A stretch of DNA of 64,000 bases from Nitrososphaeria archaeon. Its GTDB lineage: Archaea; Thermoproteota; Nitrososphaeria; JACIWG01. The DNA is taken from NCBI GenBank assembly GCA_963752255.1, contig CAVVXT010000007.1, forward strand, positions 32,001 to 96,000, read 5' to 3'. Made by a program: the position numbers and the translations under genes. The first letter of the stretch is position 1. Each line of letters starts with the position of its first letter. Under the pieces are notes generated by a model. It had not been told where the DNA came from. It was given only the letters and a program-made list of their open reading frames with translations, and did no database searches. This document shows positions 61,474 through 64,000 of the stretch, piece after piece.

Positions 61474-62418
61474 TTATAACCTAACCTCGACCTCTTTGCT
61501 TGAGTCGGGTGAGGCTATTGTTTTTCTAAGACCATCTTCTAGACTCATCCTAGGAACGTATTCTAGAGCTTCAACTGCCCTAGAAACGTCAGCCGTACTC
61601 TGACGTATGTCTCCTTCTTTTACCGGTTTATGTAAAGGTTCTATGTGAGACTTTTCGGACACCTTTGCGATTATCTGCGCTAATTGGTTTATTGTTGTTT
61701 TAGTTCCTGTCCCTATGTTTATCGTTTCTTGAATGTTAGACTTTATAGCCTTCGATATGTATTCAACTGCATCTCCTACGTAAATGAAGTCTCTGTATTG
61801 TTCTCCATCACCATATATTATTGGAGGCTCATCTCTACTTATTCTCCTAATGAACTGAGTTATAACTCCACTGTATTGGTTAAAGGATTGCCTTTGTCCA
61901 TACACATTAAATAAACGTAATATAATTGTACTGATCTTTCCTATCGTGTTATTTGATTTACAATATTCTTCTGCTTCTAGCTTGCTCTCTGCATATGGTG
62001 AAAGCGGTTTCGTTGGGTGGCTTTCGTTTATCGGAACTCTTGATGGATTGCCATACACAGCAGCAGATGAGATAAAGATGAACCTTTTTACTCCCGCATC
62101 CATCGACTGATTCAGAACATTAAGTGTCCCCTTTGAATTGACTTCTCGATACAAAAGAGGATTTACAATTGATTCTTGGACGCTTGTCAGAGCAGCCAAA
62201 TGTACTACCGCATTCACATCCTCAAAAGATTTCATAAGCTTACTTTTCTCTCGAATGTCCACATGCTTGAAATCTATCTTAGGAAGAACATTAGCCAAGT
62301 TATCCAACTTTCCTGACCATAGATTGTCCACCACCACAACATTTTCTCCCAAGGACACTAGCTTTTCGACGAGGTGGCTTCCAATGAAACCAGCGCCACC
62401 TGTTACAGCAATCTTCAT
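61474..62418 (-). CDS. NAD-dependent epimerase (GalE-like)
   Basis: TGGAGFIGSH, SSAAVYG, YAESK, FNVYG. Confidence 0.92.
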   Translation of the reverse strand: MKIAVTGGAGFIGSHLVEKLVSLGENVVVVDNLWSGKLDNLANVLPKIDFKHVDIREKSKLMKSFEDVNAVVHLAALTSVQESIVNPLLYREVNSKGTLNVLNQSMDAGVKRFIFISSAAVYGNPSRVPINESHPTKPLSPYAESKLEAEEYCKSNNTIGKISTIILRLFNVYGQRQSFNQYSGVITQFIRRISRDEPPIIYGDGEQYRDFIYVGDAVEYISKAIKSNIQETINIGTGTKTTINQLAQIIAKVSEKSHIEPLHKPVKEGDIRQSTADVSRAVEALEYVPRMSLEDGLRKTIASPDSSKEVEVRL

Positions 62419-62460
62419 TTTTCTTCACAAAGTGAAACAAATCATAAACATAAAAAAGAT

Positions 62461-62730
62461 TTATTGGCTCTTGCCTTGAGTGGATTCTGCCCTGTTCTCC
62501 TCCGCCTTAGGTTCTTCCTTCGTAAGCTCTTCTATCGGTTGTGGAGGTGGAGTTGTAGCGAGAGTAAATCCTATCCAGCCTAGAACCGCTAGAACGCCTC
62601 CTATTATTACAAATGCTGTTATCTGCAGAATGATTTGAGGATTCCAAAAGAAGAGAAGCCATGCATATGCAACTATTCCGATGATACCTGCGAGAAGTAA
62701 TGCTACTCCTATTAGTTGATCTCTACTCAT
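62461..62730 (-). CDS. Small archaeal membrane protein
   Basis: Two TM helices, WIGFTLATTPPP.PIEE. Confidence 0.8.
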   Translation of the reverse strand: MSRDQLIGVALLLAGIIGIVAYAWLLFFWNPQIILQITAFVIIGGVLAVLGWIGFTLATTPPPQPIEELTKEEPKAEENRAESTQGKSQ

Positions 62731-63052
62731 CTAATATCACTCATTTTGTGTGTTCGCAGGGGTTTAAAAATATTCCTTACTATACTTTATCTCATTAGAA
62801 ATCGCATTCTGTGATGGAATAAAAAATTCGTTAAAGTGCACAGTAGCGAGTTGAAGATCTATATCGCAGAAGTTCCTTAAACACCGCCTGCAGCTAAACT
62901 TAAAATGAATATATTGATTAAAATTAATTATGTTTTAGATAAGGTCTTCAGTTAAGAGGCAGGAAGAAGAATCGGGCGTACTGAAAAAGCCTTTTACGAT
63001 GTCAGTTGTAAAATATTTCGATTACAAGAAAATTATAGAATAAGCTTTTGGT

Positions 63053-63958
63053 TTAAAGCGCTAAATCAACCCGCTTTTTATTATCATTTCTATTCATTAA
63101 ATAGATGCCGGACATTATGATTATTATTGCTGCGATCTGGTAGACGCTTATCGCTTCCTGTAGAAATATTGCTGCAAAGAAGAGCCCGAATACTGCGGCT
63201 GTTGAAAATACGACTATGGTCTTTACCGTACCTATGTTTTGCAAGGCTTTCAGGAAAAAGTATAGTGACATGCCATATCCTATTGTACCTAGGAGTATCA
63301 GATCCGGAATCTGCCCTATTCCTATTTCCAAGGGTATTTTTAGAGCGATTACGACTACGGCTATCATAGAGAATCCAACGATCGATTTTACTTGAGAAAG
63401 TTTTGCCGGTTCCATTTTGTCTGTTAAGATCTTGCTTACGTTGTTGTCTATTGACCAAAACATGGTTGCACCGAGAACTAGAAGGTTACCTAATGAAATT
63501 TCTATAAATAATCGTGATGGATCAAGATTGGTTACGACGATAATTACTCCCGTCAGTATCATTAAAATGGCTACGTAATCCGTCTTTTTTGGTCTTTCTC
63601 TGAAGAATAGTATGGCGAAAACGATCGTAAATACTTGTTCCCCATTTGAGAGTATCGCTGTATCAGAGGCGGTCGTCCTCTGCAGGCCTAGAAAGTACAG
63701 TGTCGGCGCTATCGCCGCTCCACATATTGCCGATGTCGCGAATAATATGGAAGTTCTACTCTTTAGCGAGAAGAACGATTTTCTTGCAAAAGGTGTTAGT
63801 GTTATTGCTGCGAGCAGGTAGGATAGACATGATAACAATATTGGATTGATCGTCTGCATTGCTGCTTTTCCTACTGTGGAAACCGAACCAAAGCATAACG
63901 CTGCTCCTAAGGCGTATAAGTATCCCCTTGATGACGTATTTCTAGGCTGATCAGCCAT
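63053..63958 (-). CDS. EamA/DMT family transporter
   Basis: Ten TM helices in two EamA repeats. Confidence 0.9.
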   Translation of the reverse strand: MADQPRNTSSRGYLYALGAALCFGSVSTVGKAAMQTINPILLSCLSYLLAAITLTPFARKSFFSLKSRTSILFATSAICGAAIAPTLYFLGLQRTTASDTAILSNGEQVFTIVFAILFFRERPKKTDYVAILMILTGVIIVVTNLDPSRLFIEISLGNLLVLGATMFWSIDNNVSKILTDKMEPAKLSQVKSIVGFSMIAVVVIALKIPLEIGIGQIPDLILLGTIGYGMSLYFFLKALQNIGTVKTIVVFSTAAVFGLFFAAIFLQEAISVYQIAAIIIIMSGIYLMNRNDNKKRVDLAL

Positions 63959-64000
63959 CGGAGCTCAAGAGGTTCAAAGGTATCAGATATTTAGTTTTTA

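Noticed and set aside
156-63849. Many 60-170 aa ORFs antisense to or nested in well-supported genes (e.g. 2825-3127, 3631-4020, 10999-11379, 37764-38273, 55715-56101)
   Set aside because: Shadow ORFs with no motifs, overlapping confidently assigned genes.
1-64000. CRISPR array, cas genes, rRNA
   Set aside because: No regularly spaced repeat-spacer series, Cas-like ORF or rRNA-like sequence seen by eye.

Overview
Archaeal chromosome segment, probably TACK lineage (top6A/B, BHB-intron tRNA, HMGCS-thiolase-DUF35 cluster, archaeal Hsp20, tungsten AOR). It holds 7 tRNA genes, sugar and central metabolism genes (PPi-type PFK, class I FBA, bacterial-type pgi-zwf), surface-glycan genes and many deletion-scarred pseudogenes. 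The main accessory region is a ~12.2 kb island (6270-18473) bounded by a 24-bp duplication of the tRNA-Glu 3' end. Inside it is a 6.2 kb IS6-like transposon with perfect 52-bp terminal inverted repeats, a SWIM/Zn-ribbon/DDE transposase, a divergent AbrB-like gene with a 12-bp-phased repeat array, and a BcgI-like (type IIB) restriction-modification pair with a frameshifted N-terminus. A palindrome (TAATTTAC-NN-GTAAATTA) recurs at the same register beside tRNA-Glu and tRNA-Leu 3'-end sequences, suggesting an element family that targets several tRNAs. A truncated CysRS paralogue with altered Zn ligands is also notable. All calls come from motif recognition and manual alignment; no database searches were run.
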